DNA from: Catajapyx aquilonaris
Lineage: Eukaryota
DNA: 64,000 bases
Reading direction: 5' to 3'
Assembly: GCA_000934665.2 (NCBI GenBank)
Contig: KZ538088.1
Span: 1-64,000, forward strand
The translations under genes were made by a program, and so were the position numbers. A model generated the notes under the pieces. The model searched no databases, was not told the DNA's origin, and saw nothing but the letters and a program-made list of their open reading frames with translations. Below are positions 1 to 15,157 of the stretch, one piece after another (the first letter of the stretch is position 1; every line of letters starts with the position of its first letter).

Positions 1-322
1 GTTTCCGGACACGGGTTCCTATGTCAAAAATACTTGTCTTGGTCCCCTCTATTATCACTGAAAGTCTTTGCAGAGTTACAATAGACACCCTGTATATGCA
101 CCGTTTCTTTAAATATGCAAAGGTCGTGATATGTGACATGACACGTACACAACTATGTTGCGACTTGTTTAAAAGTCTACAAGACATTGACCTTATCGTA
201 ATCTGCAGCAGCGGAAATGTGCTGCTAATATCATTTGCAACCTTCTTCCAGGGAGCTTATTGGATCTAGTTATCTTCATATTGGCGGAGGGAAAATATAT
301 AGGTGTAAAAAAGGAGGACGTG

Positions 323-383
323 ACAAACGAAGTGTGGGTGTTATAGCAATGTTACATTGCTATAACACCCACACTTCGTTTGT
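323..383. repeat. Perfect 61-bp palindrome/hairpin (30-bp arms, 1-nt spacer)
   Basis: acaaacgaagtgtgggtgttatagcaatgt-t-acattgctataacacccacacttcgtttgt read directly. Confidence 0.9.
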
Positions 384-653
384 AATCAAGTGACTGCTTT
401 TTGATTGACATCATGACCTGCTGAAAGAAAGATGAGGCTGACAATGACCTATTGCAGAAATTGCACACGTGCGGTTCAAGGAGCCAAGAGTCATTATAGT
501 AATAATAATTTTACAAGTTGTACTGTATAATTGCAAGCTCGATATAGAGGAAAACATGTCTGCTAATGTTCTTGGCAAAATGTCATTTTGTGAGCATATG
601 AACCGCCTTGAATTCTTTCCTACCCGTCACTATCTGTCACTTCTTGTCCCCAG

Positions 654-934
654 AATCCAGGGGGCATGACCCAAGAATGGTCCGCCTCGAGAAGAGTGCT
701 GTTGTGCGTGATTTGTGCCCAACGAGGCGACCACCAAATACTGTAATTCAGTCTGGTCTCTGCGGAAACATGCAGCAGAAACGCAGGATGACCTTCTGCG
801 TCAGAAAAGGAAGGTCACCTGCTGCCTTTTTGCATGGCAGGATTCACGCCCTCGTGACTTTCTATCCGCCAAAAGCTACCGCACCTGTTCCCCCTCCGTA
901 CTGTACACAGCGGGACAACAGCATGTGTACGTAG
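654..934 (+). CDS. Possible terminal exon of an unidentified upstream gene
   Basis: Acceptor-like cttcttgtccccag ending at 653, GC-richer open frame to TAG at 934. No recognisable domain. Confidence 0.15.
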
Positions 935-1232
935 CTTCCTCCTCAGACATTTTGCCCAGTCTGTTGCAAGGCCACTGCAAGGACTTTAACATGGTGCACT
1001 GTTGCTTGCGTATTCAATTGCATATATTGCGCACGTTCTGATTTATATTTACCCAGCAGTGGTCAAACACCTGGAAGGCTTTGTGTAGGTATGGTAATGA
1101 ACGAACTTTGACCAGTTTCTTAACCCACCTGTCAGAAAAGTTAATACCAATTTTGATGCAACTTGACATGGCCGAAAATGGTGAAATCGGCTGTATACGC
1201 GTTTCTGAGATTATTTGGGGAGAAAGGTGACA

Positions 1233-1276
1233 GTACGGACTTACCCTAAAGACCTAAAGTGGGGGTAAGTCCGTAC
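1233..1276. repeat. Short hairpin with 14-bp arms (gtacggacttaccc/gggtaagtccgtac), probable MITE relic
   Basis: Inverted repeat read directly. Confidence 0.6.
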
Positions 1277-2562
1277 ACACAATTTTCTCCCGATTGTCAC
1301 AGTATACGTGACTATTAAAACGCTATGTTGAATATATGTATTACAAACTAGCAGTGGATGTCAAAACTTCATGTCTATCACAAAGTAGGGCGGTTTTGTC
1401 CCACTTCTCCTTCCGGCAGATGCAGCTGTCGGAGTTAGCGAAACTAGTCTTGAAATTAATTTAAATTTTTGTCCGCTGTTATCTGTTCAAAAGTTGGAAA
1501 AGGTGTAATCCGGGGAAGGTCATACCGGAGTTGGGTCGTGCTGTGCTGATTTGCATATTATGAGTTATTTCAGTCCCGACTGATAAGTGGATTAGCAGCC
1601 TAGTGGGTTAGGAAAGTCAGCACGCAGTCATTCCTAATTATTCCAGGGAGCCTTGTTTTGCAGTTTGGCTTTTCGCATATATGCATATATGCAGGGTTGG
1701 CAAATCTATAGTTGCGACTTATCTCCTGGGGGGAGCTAACATACAAGTTCAATGTCCATTACTGTGATCCCAGATAAGATCAGATTTTCAGAAAATAAAT
1801 GTACAAAGTGTTATTGTCACAGTTTGCATGTACAGAGAAAATGAGCTAAGCCAATGGCTGCTACCCCCATTAGTACAGCAAGTGGCCCATCCTGCTTGCC
1901 ACTCCAACATCCATTTCCAAAACAAAGTTTAATCCGCACTCATGAAATGGCAGGTAAAGTACAGCACTTCAGTACGCCCATCCAAAAGCTGCTTTAAACC
2001 TGGTTCTTGACGGTTCGATTAATTGCACCCTGTGGGTTGTTTTTTTAAAAGTTGTATGTACAGTACAGCCAGTGGGTGTCAAAAAGCTGCGCCTTATAGT
2101 CGACGTCACACACCGTCGCCTGCAGACGCACTCATCTATGACACCTGCCAATGGGGATTGTCTGCCATATTTGGATATCTATTTACTGCCCGTCCTGAGC
2201 AGCCAGGATCAAAGGGCACGATTATAAACTGCCAACTAGCTGTGTTTTTGAACAAAAATTTAAACGGGGCTTCTGCGTCATCAACAGGCCATTCTATATC
2301 ACTATTTTCAAGTGTCTATTGAGTAATTGAGTACATTTCATCTTTGCTTTCAGTTCTGATGTCAGTTTTATTTTTATACTGTACAGCTGTATATACGTAT
2401 ACAAAGGAAATTCTACGAGCACGGCACAATTTGCGTTTTGTTTATTTCCCATATTTATTTTTAAACGTGCTGAGTACGTTGCTTAGGCCTACGTTTCATT
2501 GTATTAATTACTTAATTACCCCTACAGTTCGTGGGATAAACCCATTTTAGTCGTGTACTAAC

Positions 2563-2598
2563 CAGAGAGCCTAATAATAACTATTCTGAAGCTCTTTG
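2563..2598. mobile_element. 36-bp minimal TIR element with 8-bp TSD (P/hAT-type)
   Basis: GTACTAAC direct repeats at 2555-2562 and 2599-2606 flank cagagagc...gctctttg (7/8 inverted match). Confidence 0.6.
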
Positions 2599-5500
2599 GT
2601 ACTAACCAACTTGATTGATCGCGCGAAAATTTCGATAACTGCTAGCTGACGTCACCGTTTTGTTATCACCGAGAGAGGCCGTTGTTCTGTGGAGTTATTG
2701 ACGGCAATTAACTTGGTTTGCGCCAACAGCCGCTTTTCACTTAGCTCGTCATTGGCAGTGCGTCGTGTTGACTCAATTACAGGGTGGCCTGAACCCTTAC
2801 GCAACATTAGAGGGGCTAGACTCGAAAGTGATAGGGCGCCAAGGTCAGATTCTTGTGTTTACAAATAGTCGTATCGGTTTTTAATGGGCGGAGATGTGGA
2901 CGCCCTCCAGCGAGGGAAGGCTGCAATGTCTCGTTACACTGTGTATTGACCGAGGTGCTTCCACGTTGTACGTGTAACCCCAAGTGCAGGGAAAGGTCAG
3001 AGCAAGTCGCAGTCTTTTGAGCTGAGGGAACTCCCAAGGTTATTTTCAGGCCCAAAGAAACCTTGCCTAGTCGTTGACCTCTGCGTTTTTTATTGTTGTT
3101 ATTTTTGCGCGCTGACTTGACGGCAATTGTTGGGGTGACTGGGGCTCTGAACCCGTGAATCAAGGGTTGATGGGGGCACGTGGGTTGAGGGCAATGCTAC
3201 CTGGCTCACTACGTGGTATTTGCAGGAATCGTTTTATATCGCAATAGTTTGCAAAAATCGACTTTGATTACGTAATCGTAATTATATGCCATGGCTTGCA
3301 ACTAGAAATTTCCCAACTTTTACAGCCTCTACCTGAAATCATCTTTTTTTAAAAAAAGAAAGAAAGGCCATGAACCATTAATTAATTGCGTGGATGCATA
3401 ACTAATCCTGAAACTGCGACTTATACCCAATTATTCCACGTTCTAGTGAAGCAATACCATTGTATGCAGCTTGTTGCATATTGACTCAGCGCATGCACAC
3501 TTCTAAATGCGGCAAAAACACGCTCTCTCCGAATGTCCCACATTCGACATTTTCCTATATATCCACGCATAACATGTATGGGAAACAACACCAAACAGAA
3601 ACATCAGTGACACCGTGAGAACCATCAGAATTTTCATGAGGTCTTTTGCATTGTATGTTTTCTCCCTCTCCCAACCTATGTACTTGAGTTGCCATTACGT
3701 GCAACCGAGGCGCATCTTGTTGTGCGCAGGTGGTGGAGGGGTTAAAGAGAGGAGGCGGCCAGGAGAGGGGGAGTCGACCAGCTTCAACAGACAGACAGAA
3801 GCTTAGTATCCAAGCGAAAGGAGTGAGGTTCAATCAAAAGCTGGGCTGTAACATACTGTAGACTGCAGGTTTGGTGCAGTGTGCTTGTGTTCAGGACATG
3901 CGGATAGCTAGTGTGAGTATGACCTGTAGTTTAAATACGGTGCAATTATATGAACAATGCAACGTGGAGCGCACGTGCGGCAATATTGATGTTGCCAATT
4001 TTTTTTCTTTCTCCGCAATTGGCGCAAATTCTGGCTGGGAAGTGCCACGTTACCATGGGCCACTTTATACGGCACAATAGAGACACTCTGTTGCTAAGCC
4101 AAGTGCAGGGTCCGCTTTGTTTGGTCGGGTGCGGCCGCAAAAGCCTCGCACTCAATTAATCCGATTAATTCCATAGAGTTTGCGCTGGATGGACAGCTGA
4201 CATTGGCTTGTAAAATATATACTGTGGTGTTTTTTTGGCGAAATGCCCCCTCCTTAGGTTTAACGTGGTATATTTTTAGCGGAGGGAATTAGTTCGTATC
4301 TTAGATTTGCACACCGTACGGTATGCACGGGGTGCAACATGCTGTGCGAACATTCATATGCCATGTTACAATGACATGTTTTTATCATTGCTTGAATATG
4401 TAGATGCGTCTTATGCATATGCATAAATACATGCAATTCAAATGGCGGGGCACAAACAAATAAAAAAAATTAGGAGCGACATTTTAGTTTTTATGCACTT
4501 TTTTTGCATAGACGTGACCTTCAGACAGCTGGTTTGAGGTGACATTGAGCATTGCGTTGTTGTAGGGTTATTGGCATAATGTGTATACATAGAGTATGAA
4601 AAATGTATGATCAATTTGGAGCCGCGCCTGGAAATTGAGCAATCAGTTCGAGGTTACAATCGCAGGTACACAAAAGATATGGACTCCGATAATGTAATTA
4701 TTGTTCTATCTGTCATGAGGCATCCTATCGTACAAGTTTGTTTTTAGTTTTCTGGCTGGTGCCTTTTCCACGATTAGAACAAAACACAACGCCATTTTGC
4801 GCCCGAATTTGCAGAACATTGTTCAGCATTTCGAGGGAGCAACCGACCGTCGTAAAATTGATTCTCCGAGTAAAGTCGCAGAGATTGAATGTTTTGCCGC
4901 GCTAGATTTAACCCTAGGGTTGGTTTCCTTGGGTGTTTACATGTGAGGTTGCATGTGCGGAACTGATGCATATTGAAGAGACTGATAACTGAAGCGATAT
5001 GGAGTTAGGAAAAAAATATAGTTGAGGCAGCAGCCTTGAGATAGGAGTGAAAAATGTGCTTGTAGGGGGCCTTCAAACTGGTCCCATCCACACCATTGAT
5101 TTCCATTTAGATACTTCCGTTTTCTCTCACTTTTCGTAAGAAATTGCTTCTTGTTTCCACGAGATTATCTCCACAGAATAAACAAACGGATGGGATTTTT
5201 TTTTTTGTGGGTAACTGTTTTTTTTTTTTGCGTTGTTTCTGACTCTGCTATGAGTGATGGCCAGAGCTTTTGTGCTTTGCCTTCCAGTCATAAAATTCGT
5301 GGATAAGGAAAAGCTCACTTGCGACGTCTCACGCTTGGAATCCTAATCATATATCACTAGCTGCGCAATTTTTTTTGCACAAGTTTTTAATTCAGAATCT
5401 TTAGCCTTTCACGGTATAATTGCGGCAGACCAGTTTCTAATCTATGGTGTCACCATACATTGTGGTTTTGCGTGATATGTGTGAGTGCGAACAACCTTGG

Positions 5501-8500
5501 AAGAATCGAGCTAGATCCAGTTCCCTATTTTTTTTTTGTCTAGCCCACTCTATATTTACATAGCTGCAGGAAGTAGCTTTTTTGACTTTTGGGATAAGTA
5601 CTTTGCTAATTTGATTTATGAGCGTAACTCTGCATTTTCTTGTTGGATTAATTTAGTTAAGTCTGGATTTATGGAGACAGGGAGTAGACGCTGTTGAATT
5701 TACAGGACAGGGCATTGCAGGTTGGTGGTCTGGTGCCGAGGTATCTGCGGTTTGTCTCGAGGGCTGCCCCCAAACAGATCAACCCTAGCCTATAATGAGA
5801 CCAGCCGGATTTTCGGGGCCACCTCATGTTAAAACAACGAGGAAAAAAAAGAGAGCGTCATTAGCGCCCTGGCACATATTTCACATGCGAACATGTGGTT
5901 CGGTCGAATCGTAAACAAGGCGGGTGAAAATTAACATACCAGGATGACACCAGGGTGTAACGTCACGCAATAAAAAAGTGCGATACACGCATTTCGGATA
6001 TGGCCATGAGCTGCGTGCAAAAAGAGTCGAATCGATAGTGCATGTGGAGGTCATACAGTACCTATAGGAAAAATTAAGCTCGTTTATATTTTTTGCAATA
6101 TTTTCGTAGATTTGACGCCATTTTTAAAAAGTGGACTAACACCAGGTTCATCGCGGTTTGCCTTGAGGTCGAGGGCTTTGGCCTGTGTCCAGTGCGTCCA
6201 GTGGGCTAGGTTCCAGCCTTTAGTTCATTAGGTACCAAAATCTGGCGCAAAAAAAGCAGTTGTCTTCAGAGCTAATTAACACTGAATATTGCAAGAATCG
6301 GTGCGTAGACCCGAGTGGGCGTAATGGCTCCTTGCATTATTGATCCAGTGGGATTAATATACCGGGGCCTCATCCTTTATGGTGGCAAGAGCTGTAGACA
6401 TGCTGGCCCTCACCAAAATTTCGGGGGCATTGTTAGGAAGGCAAGGCCATGGGGTGAATTGCCGTTTGTTAGCTGGTCTGTAATCAGAGCAGCATTGTTT
6501 TCTGTCCGTCCTGCAAGAGCACGGGGCTATTACCCGACAGAAGTTATTATTATGTATTACTCATGCGGGTTCACGTTCTTGAGGAGGTAGGTTCAGGGTC
6601 CCTTCGTCTTAAGGGGGTCTGAAACAGATGTGCGTTTCTTTGTGCTCGAAAGTACATCGCCCTCTATATCCACACATCCCATTTCTCCAACTGGTGAAAG
6701 GTTTCTACCTACCAATGCTAAGTACTATGGTGTCACATGTCCAGAGAAAAACTAATATGGTTTCGTGTGGATGCTTTTTTCTGCACTGATGACAACAGTG
6801 GCTCAAATGTAATGAGTAAATAAAATATTAATAACTAATAATATAATAATTGTCAGTAGTAGGTACGACCCAACTTGGACCATTTGGTTCACCTGACCAA
6901 ATGTCAACGGGCCTGCACACTATAGATGGGCTCACATTTTTTTTACTGGAATGACTTGTGCGAGTAACGACGTGTCTTTTATTATTTTTTGCGACAGTGG
7001 AAATGGAAGCGATTGTAGTGACGTCCATTTCTCAAGGTTCTGAGAGGCGTGCTGAAACTGCTTTTTGGTCGATTTGTTCTCTTCTGGCCAAGAGATAGTT
7101 TATGCGCAGACTGTTTTTTTTTTTCGTGGGGGTGTATTGCAGGAGTGTATATGTCGAGAGGACTGCCAGATCCACTTGTTATATCCGATGGCTGGGGAAA
7201 AAAAGTATTTCTGACGTGGATGACAGGTTATACGGAGTTTTTGTTGACAAGTGTGATGGGATGCCACGAATTTGAGTCTGAAGTTTTGAGAATGGGATGC
7301 AAATTCCAGGGAGTGTGCTGTGATGAAGAAGGAACAGGTATCGATTCTAATGCGGGGGCTTTGAGTGTGCCTAGTGCATTGCGATTTTAAAACCGGTTGA
7401 TATATTAATGAGCAGGATGTATAATACAGGGCAATTCAGGTGGTCAGTTGACGTTTTGTCCTGTGACGTCAATTGTGAACTTACGAACTTGGCCAATTTA
7501 GGCTATTTTATTTAAACGTATTTCGCAGTTAAATGTTAGAGTCGCAACAATTCATCAATACCATTGAGCAGTGGACTACTTGTTAAATTACAATGACATG
7601 AAATTTAACATTGGCAGTTTTTAAACTGCTGAAATTAGTACTACATTAACCCTCCCAAAAATAATGGATAGTTTCCAGGACTGGATCTATTCAATAATTG
7701 GCACTAACCATATGAGCGGACTGGATTAGGGACATGAAATAATTCAATGTAAGCTCCAGCAGAGCTTGGTTCATGATAAAGCCTCTCCATACAGTAATTT
7801 TTAATCGGCAAATAAATCCAAATGACACTGCAAGAGCTGGATTCCTAATTACATTAATCTATGATTGGCATATAATTCGGAGCTAAATGAATGGAGGGAC
7901 ACAGATTTCGCATTGCGTGGATTCCTCATTATGAATTATTAAATTCTTGATTCGCGATAAGGTTCTGGATATATCTCCTGGTATGGTAATTGCTCTTTGT
8001 CGCATTTGCAGTGCTTTTTACACTCCACGCACCAACTGCGGGGCATTGATAGAAACTGTTAGAGCGGAGTTTTTAGCAGATTAACTTTTTCACCTGGGAC
8101 TAGTCGGATGACGACTCTACCAACATAATAACCAGAGTGGTTTTGGTTAGACAACAACTCAAAAAAAAAAAAAGTTGATGCACACAGCTTGTTCCAGGCG
8201 TGTTCGCAGTGCGTGACTTAGGCGCAATTAGTGGGAAATGCATACTGTGGAGGGGGTTAAAAACTGCATGCGTTTTATTCCGCAACACCAGCAGCAACTG
8301 CGAATTTTAGCTGCCTTGCCCGTATATTTGGCAAATTGTTGAGTACGTACTGTTGCATTGTTGGAAGCTGGCAGCCTGCGGTTATAAATGGCTCAACTTT
8401 TTCGCGATTGATCGACCACTTTTCTTACACACCATTTTCCAACAATCTGGCATCTGATTTGGAATTCGACGTAGTGTATCGGACGTGGGAGAATTCCCCG

Positions 8501-10370
8501 TGTAATACTGGCATTCCATCGATTTCCTGGCTCCGAAGTGTGACGGCTGGAATTGGCCAAGAAATGCAAGAGTGTAGCTTTTTGGCAATGGCGGCTGTTG
8601 CAGCATGTGAGGACCGTGTTATTTTTTTATGCAATGGGAAGAGCCGCACCTTGCGCCAGTCCTGAATTATTCGCAGGGTCGGTTGTCCACGTCGGAACAA
8701 TTGCGACCGGTTTTAGCGATTGATTTCCGTCATTGGTCGCATCGCTGGCCTTTGGGAGCACTAGGGTTCTGATATACGACACCTAAGTAGTGTTTAGAAC
8801 CGGGTTTTGATGCGTGGACCACCGGAGTTATTCGGGGTAAAAATACACCCTGGCGTGTGCTTTGTATGTGGCGGAACACACTTTGCATCTGTGCAGTTGG
8901 GTACATTTAGCAGGCCTGATAGTCGGGGCTTCATTACGGGGCTGGCCCGATTTGCATCACTCGCTGGGATGGTAAACAGGACCGGAACAAGTGTACGTGC
9001 CTTGGAAGCTGCGTATGCACAATATCGAGATATGACGAATTTGAAAGGATAGACTAATCAGTGACGTGATGCTATTAATTCTATGCGTACCGTTTGGTGG
9101 TGAGTCATTTGGAAGTTTCGCTTTGTGTTGCAGCTGCAGAGTGTGCCAAGTTCAAGTGCATGCAACATTGTACAGCAGTACAGGTAGTACGATGCTTGAA
9201 CTTATTGTGTTCTGAGCAACGAGACACCGGCTACATATTGGTCCAAGGGTAAACCATCTGACCAGCAGCCTTTTACGAATGTGAAGAACCCCCGGCCGGA
9301 ATACTGTAAACAACTGCCGTTTAATTAATACGTCTAAATTACGCATACGTACGCAGGCATGTTAATTTGCAATTACGTCGGTGGTTCCCTGTCAACGCCC
9401 AACAGGCCGTACCGCATGTACCGCTTTTGGCGTGTTGGTTTCATTCTGCTGTTACATTTGGACGGAATTACCGGACAGGAAATGAATACTAAGCGAATTT
9501 TGGATCGTCCATGCATAAACTATGCAATCAGATTGGTCGCCCGAAAATCGTAGGATGATTAAATCATCTTTGTGCGAAACCGCCATCCATCTAATTATTA
9601 CTGCAACACGCAATGCGGTTTGTTTATATTTATTTACAGCCAGGATTTGTATGTACAGCAGCACGGCACATGCGGAATGATTAATTTATGTCGAAACACG
9701 TGTATTCCATTTTCCAGGGTCCGCAACAAGTGCATGTTTACCAGATGAAGATAATTCCTGGCCCAATTGAAGCCCTGCCATTGTTCAGGGCTGCTGCTTT
9801 TTTGCTCATGTTTAAAAGGACTGTTGACAATGAAACTGTTGAAAAGGTCGCGTTGTCCTGGATGCAGTCCAAGTGAGACGGCAGGCGTCCTTATTTTATA
9901 GCCGAGGATGGACCTCCAAAAAGGGTTGGCCTCCTTCTCAGCTGACATTTCAATGCGAAACTCTCTACAGTTAGTGTTTCGACTTTTTGGCCAATTTTCT
10001 GCACCGAACCGTGGAGTATTGACGTTTTTCTCGTCCGAGGCTATATCGGAGGGCCTGAACACTGACCCAAGCGTAATTCGCCATAATACGGGGCTGTTCA
10101 GGAGGCCAAGTGGGAGGTTTTGGGCCTGTCTTGTGAATCAGCTTCTACTGTTGCCTGAGGTCGATATGAAAAGGGGGAGGGGATTGGGGGGTGCTACTCA
10201 ATTATTGAATCAATGTTCCGGAAAACCTTGCCGGAGAAAAATTAGATTATTTCGGCCTCGCCACGTCTAAACAGAAGGGCACTGGCGTTCCGGGTTATTT
10301 ATTTACAGTACCGTCCTTGATGAGCATCTGCTGAGAAACACTGTTTAACCTGCACTGTAATGAGGACTAT

Positions 10371-10610
10371 GCGATTTATCCATTTAAATCGATATTGTAA
10401 ATATCACATTAATTTATGTCGATATTTTCAACATTACAATCATGATCTTTTTGTATCAATATTTTTCATATTTATGATCAAGTTGTATCGATATTTTAAT
10501 ACCACATAATCTAGTTGAATAGATATTTTAATGTCACATTATCAATTGATGTTGATCCTGTTAAATCAATATTTTCAATATTGCTAGAACGATTTAAATT
10601 GATACTTGTC
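10371..10610. repeat. Degenerate AT-rich tandem repeat built on a (A)TCGATATTTT motif; related tract at about 12412-12500
   Basis: Recurrent atcgatatt/atcaatatttt/atagatatttt units about 30 bp apart in both tracts. Confidence 0.5.
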
Positions 10611-13600
10611 GCATGATTTGTAAGTTTTTAAGAGTGAATTTTCTGTTTTTCGTGGAATATCATCAAAATTTAACAGTGGTATATGCTGCCCAATTGATTA
10701 TTCCAAGTACGTTAAGTTCAAACCAGCGGATGAATAGAAAATAACCAGGGCGTGAAACAACTTGGCGAAAATTCCATCGGGGGCGGGGGTGTGAGACATT
10801 CGGGATTTTTTTTTTTTTTGCGAACAGTTGGCAAATTTTGGGGCACAGACTCCTTGGTTATTTTTCCCCTGGCCGAACGTGACTGGGAACCATCATGGCG
10901 CTCAGGGTCAATTATCGGGGTAATTTCAGCTGTGGTGCGCTCAGATTAATTTACATGCCGGGCTAATGAGCTCGAGGGAAACCTTATGGAAAACCCTACA
11001 CCCCAACGGGTTCATTCATCCCCGTCCTGGGCCTGTCACACCCACCATAATGCCACTGACCTCCGACCCCCTATTCCAGCACTTCTCGCCTCGGTGTCCA
11101 CAACCACACGCGAACCTAGGAAATGGCATGACAAATTTTGCGGTCTTGACCTTCGCGTGACGATTGACTTTGTCGCCGAGGCGGTTCATTTAAAAATAAA
11201 ACTCTGTACCTCTCGGATGTGGGCGGGATTCGCAAAAATTTCGTCACCGGAACGGGAAGACTTTTGCATGCAAACTGTTTTGGAGGCTTCGGGCAATATG
11301 CACCTTCAGCTAGAACTAATTGTCCAAAAGGGTGGGTTATGCAAGCCCAATTTTTTTGTTACCGGCCATTTTAGGTTCAAGGCAATATTTAATCATCTCT
11401 CCTTGAAAATGAGCACCACTATGTTACACGCAAAAATAAAAAATAAAAAATATATGTACCCTGTTACATGCAGGACTGAGATAACATCCCCACCAGCATT
11501 GTGGGCAATGGTAACTGTTTTCCGCCTGGAAAAATCCGATGCAGCTCGTCCCTAGTGACATTCGCGACAGTCATAATGAAACCTAGTCGCAAAAAAAAGG
11601 TCGACTCCTGCCGGTGTGCTACGATGCATGAGTGCAAAATGTGTCCGTTGAACCCAAGTATTGGCTATCTCCTCGGACGATAAGCTGTGTTGGGCTTGGT
11701 GCGCCGCAGGGGCCACTGATGGCTCAATTCTTCTGCTACTGATTTCCAGTCCTTTAAGACCCAACAACGATAGTAAAGAGGAGAAAAAAAAATGCTGGAA
11801 AAAGAAGATAGGAGCCAGGGTAGACCTCGAAGCACGAAATGCTTAATTTCTGGTGAGATGCCGTTGACCTGCAGTTAGTCAAGGCCACACGTAGGAGCCT
11901 GCCCCATTTGCCAGGATTAATGAGCCGCAGTGCATTAGGCTAATTGGAGGGACGCTGGGAGACAAAACTGCCCATTGGTAACATCCAGGCTTATCCTGTC
12001 CGGCAGTGTCTCAAACTCATATACTTATTGTCAATTACCGCAGCCTAACACTCATGTACCCAAAATCAATGCCAGGAACCCCCGGAAAACCCGGAACATC
12101 CGGATCGTCCCCTCCGATTAGAGTGATTGGAATGTCCCCGCCTTGATTGGGCCACCTGAGCCTGTTATTGTGTGCCTGGATGCTGTTACAGGCCCCATCA
12201 GCTGGAATTGTCAGCTGGACAAGAGGGGTTATTGGGGAGGCTAGTCTGTAATTAAATGGCGACTAGAGTGGGCACGAAAAAAAAAAGGCTCGGTTCTGAT
12301 TGTGACACTTGAACAAAAGGAGTTCTGGCGACGGAATCGGTGTAGATCGATCTTGAATTCTGGTGTGATCTGACCTGCATGGGAGTATAACGACTGTAAA
12401 TGAGGAATGTGTCGATTTAAATCGATATTTTCAAATCGCACGATCTATTTGAATAGATATTTTAAATATTTCATGATATTTCAATCGATCTTTTCAACGT
12501 GGCATGGTTCATGCGTTATGTATTAACATTAAAAATGTATAAGCAAAAAAACCGGTCTTCCCTTGAAATTTTTTGCCCTGATCGAGTTACTTGGTTGCTA
12601 TGCAATTACAGTGAAGTACAGCGTTGTGCAGTGTAATATCGGGGGGCAGCCACTAATTTGACAAGCCGTGCGGTTCAGGTAGACAAAGCAGCAATCAGGG
12701 CATCACCGCATTTAAGTATGAAAAACCACAAACCAGCAAGAATTTCTCTCATTCTGACGTCACACCCACTGTTTGCTGCCATTAGGACTATAGTTCGAAT
12801 TAGGCACCTCCCAGGGGCATGGAGCACTGTCGACCTAATCCAGCATCGTTTTTAGTTTGTCGTTGTCTGTTCCTAGTCGAGAACAATATTGGCGCAACGA
12901 AATAGATGGTGGTTGAAGCGAAGGTTGAAGACATCCATCTTAATACACAAGGTGCTCATTGGATCGAGGGACCTTGGAAGGGTCAGGCCAGTGTTTGTTC
13001 CGGGCTTGCTGCCAGGACCCGCATCGATTTATGGAGAAAACTGGTTCTCAGCAGCATCAACCCACAGAATATTATTTTGGGTTAACCCTGGTTTTATGCT
13101 CGGATTATATTAGGTCGGGATAAATTGGACGATAAAAATCGCCCGATGCGATTCGGCGCCTTTGTAACCAGATTACACGTACAGAGAGCATGTTATGTGA
13201 CGAATGGCAGGGGAGAATTTGTCGGAATTCTTTCGGGAAGAGAGGAAGCCAATAGTTTCACCATTGATTTTCCGATAGGCTGCACATAGGCACCTTGAAA
13301 GAGGGGATGAAAACACACTCCATTCTGCTTAGAAGCGCCGTCAAAACTGTCATGTTGTGAGTAGTAAAAGGTGAAAGGGTATGTCCAAATGCATTTGCAG
13401 CATTGTGGCCAAATCCCGCATTGACGTCACGCCTGGCAGAGGAACAAGGTTCGGTTTTAGTGTGGACCAATATTGTTAAGCCAAAAAAAAATATCTTCGA
13501 GTCTCCATATGACATTATTAGCACAATTCCACCACTATACAAAAGGGTGTGAATTTGTCGATTCATTACCATGTTAATGAATTTTCAGGGTTGAAACACT

Positions 13601-15157
13601 CCACAAAAAAACTGAAACATTACCAAGCCCTGAAAGTTCCACCTTGTCTAACAGTAATTTACAAAATAAATCTAGTAACAAACGGCACTAATTATACACT
13701 CTGGGGCTCTCCTTTCATGTGTCGGATTCATTTACAGCTTTTCAAACTCGGGCAGGAGCAAATGAACTGTTTGTTCCTCCAACTAAGAAGGTCATTGCTC
13801 ATTACCGTACCCAATTAGGCCGGGAGGTTAAACCAATGGAAATGAGCCATCAAAATAATTGAAAAATAATAGGGTATTTTAAAAAATGAAAAGAAAAAAA
13901 GCCGCATGTTGGCACAACCTGAAGCTGCAAGATGTGAATGACTCTCAAGGATTGACTGAGACTAATATTAGCATGCCGTTTTTTGAAAGGAGGACTTTGA
14001 ACCGGGTGGAGAGACTTCTCAGATATCTGTAATAAACCGGAACAACCGGAGGTATCGCATGACGGCCTCCTACAGAAGGGTCGACAAAAATAAGACATTG
14101 ATTTATGTCTCAAGTGAACGGCGTTTGCGCAATACAAGTACTGGGCCAGAAAAATGTTGTGTAATTTGCTAAACCCGGGTTGTATCATCTGAAGGGAAAT
14201 TAGGTGTAGGAGGGTTTTCAAAAGGGGATGCAACTTGCGAAGTTGCTGCCTGAAACTTTGCAAAGTTTATGCTAATGAAAGCTTTTGTGGTTATTAGTCT
14301 TCATGCAATTTACACTTTCAGAAGTGGCTTTGGTGTCGTGTGAAAATTATGTCTGAGATGCAAGTTATTTGCGTCCATTTTTTTAAAAAGCATCATGATG
14401 AGACTGCGAAATTTAAATATTCTCAAGGTCGGCGGATAGATATCCCGGCGTCAGAACAGAGGTCAAGTGCTTCATGGGTCGTGTGGTTGTTGACCGCACA
14501 TCCTATGTGATGTCCATCCGTCGCCTATGATGATGACTCGGGGGGATATTGAATCGGCCTCACACATTTTCCAGACTTGTACGGGGATGTTGGGACCTGT
14601 CCATTCCCCGGATTGTTGGTCGATATGGGGATGTCAACAGCAGGCTAGGATTTCTTTGAACAAGTTTTGGAAGGAAGTTACTGCCACTCTGAAGTTACTT
14701 CCTGGTAAGGTATAGAGAAAGGTTATGGATAGGCCTTGTAACGGTGGTCACTTTTCTCACGTGCAGTATGCACGCTATTTTTGTTTGCAAAATTTTTTCA
14801 GGCAGACGGGATTTCGACAGGTCGTGTATAGCTCTCTGTTAAGGTTATCAACAGGCTGGTTTCATGTGATATGTGTATGCGTCACTCCCAGCATAATTCT
14901 TTTTCCTGGATTATCCCCCCCGAGGTCGTAGCCATACTTGTCACTCTCATGTCACTTATTCATACCCAATTGTTGCTCACACAGACTTCCGGTATCGGCT
15001 TAAAATTTTTGTAGGTGATTCGGTGGTGACGCGCCGGGCGGGATTAGTCACTGGCGCCGATGAGTAACCCTGGGTCTAGTCACCTGGATTGGATCCATTT
15101 TAGTAACCCCTTGTGCACTTTCAGGTATAGCCATTGTGATGTGGTAGCAGCAGAAGG

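Noticed and set aside
10986..11555. 189-aa ORF and other 60-145-aa ORFs in 2-15 kb
   Set aside because: No recognisable domain, splice-consistent structure or coding-like composition; expected by chance.
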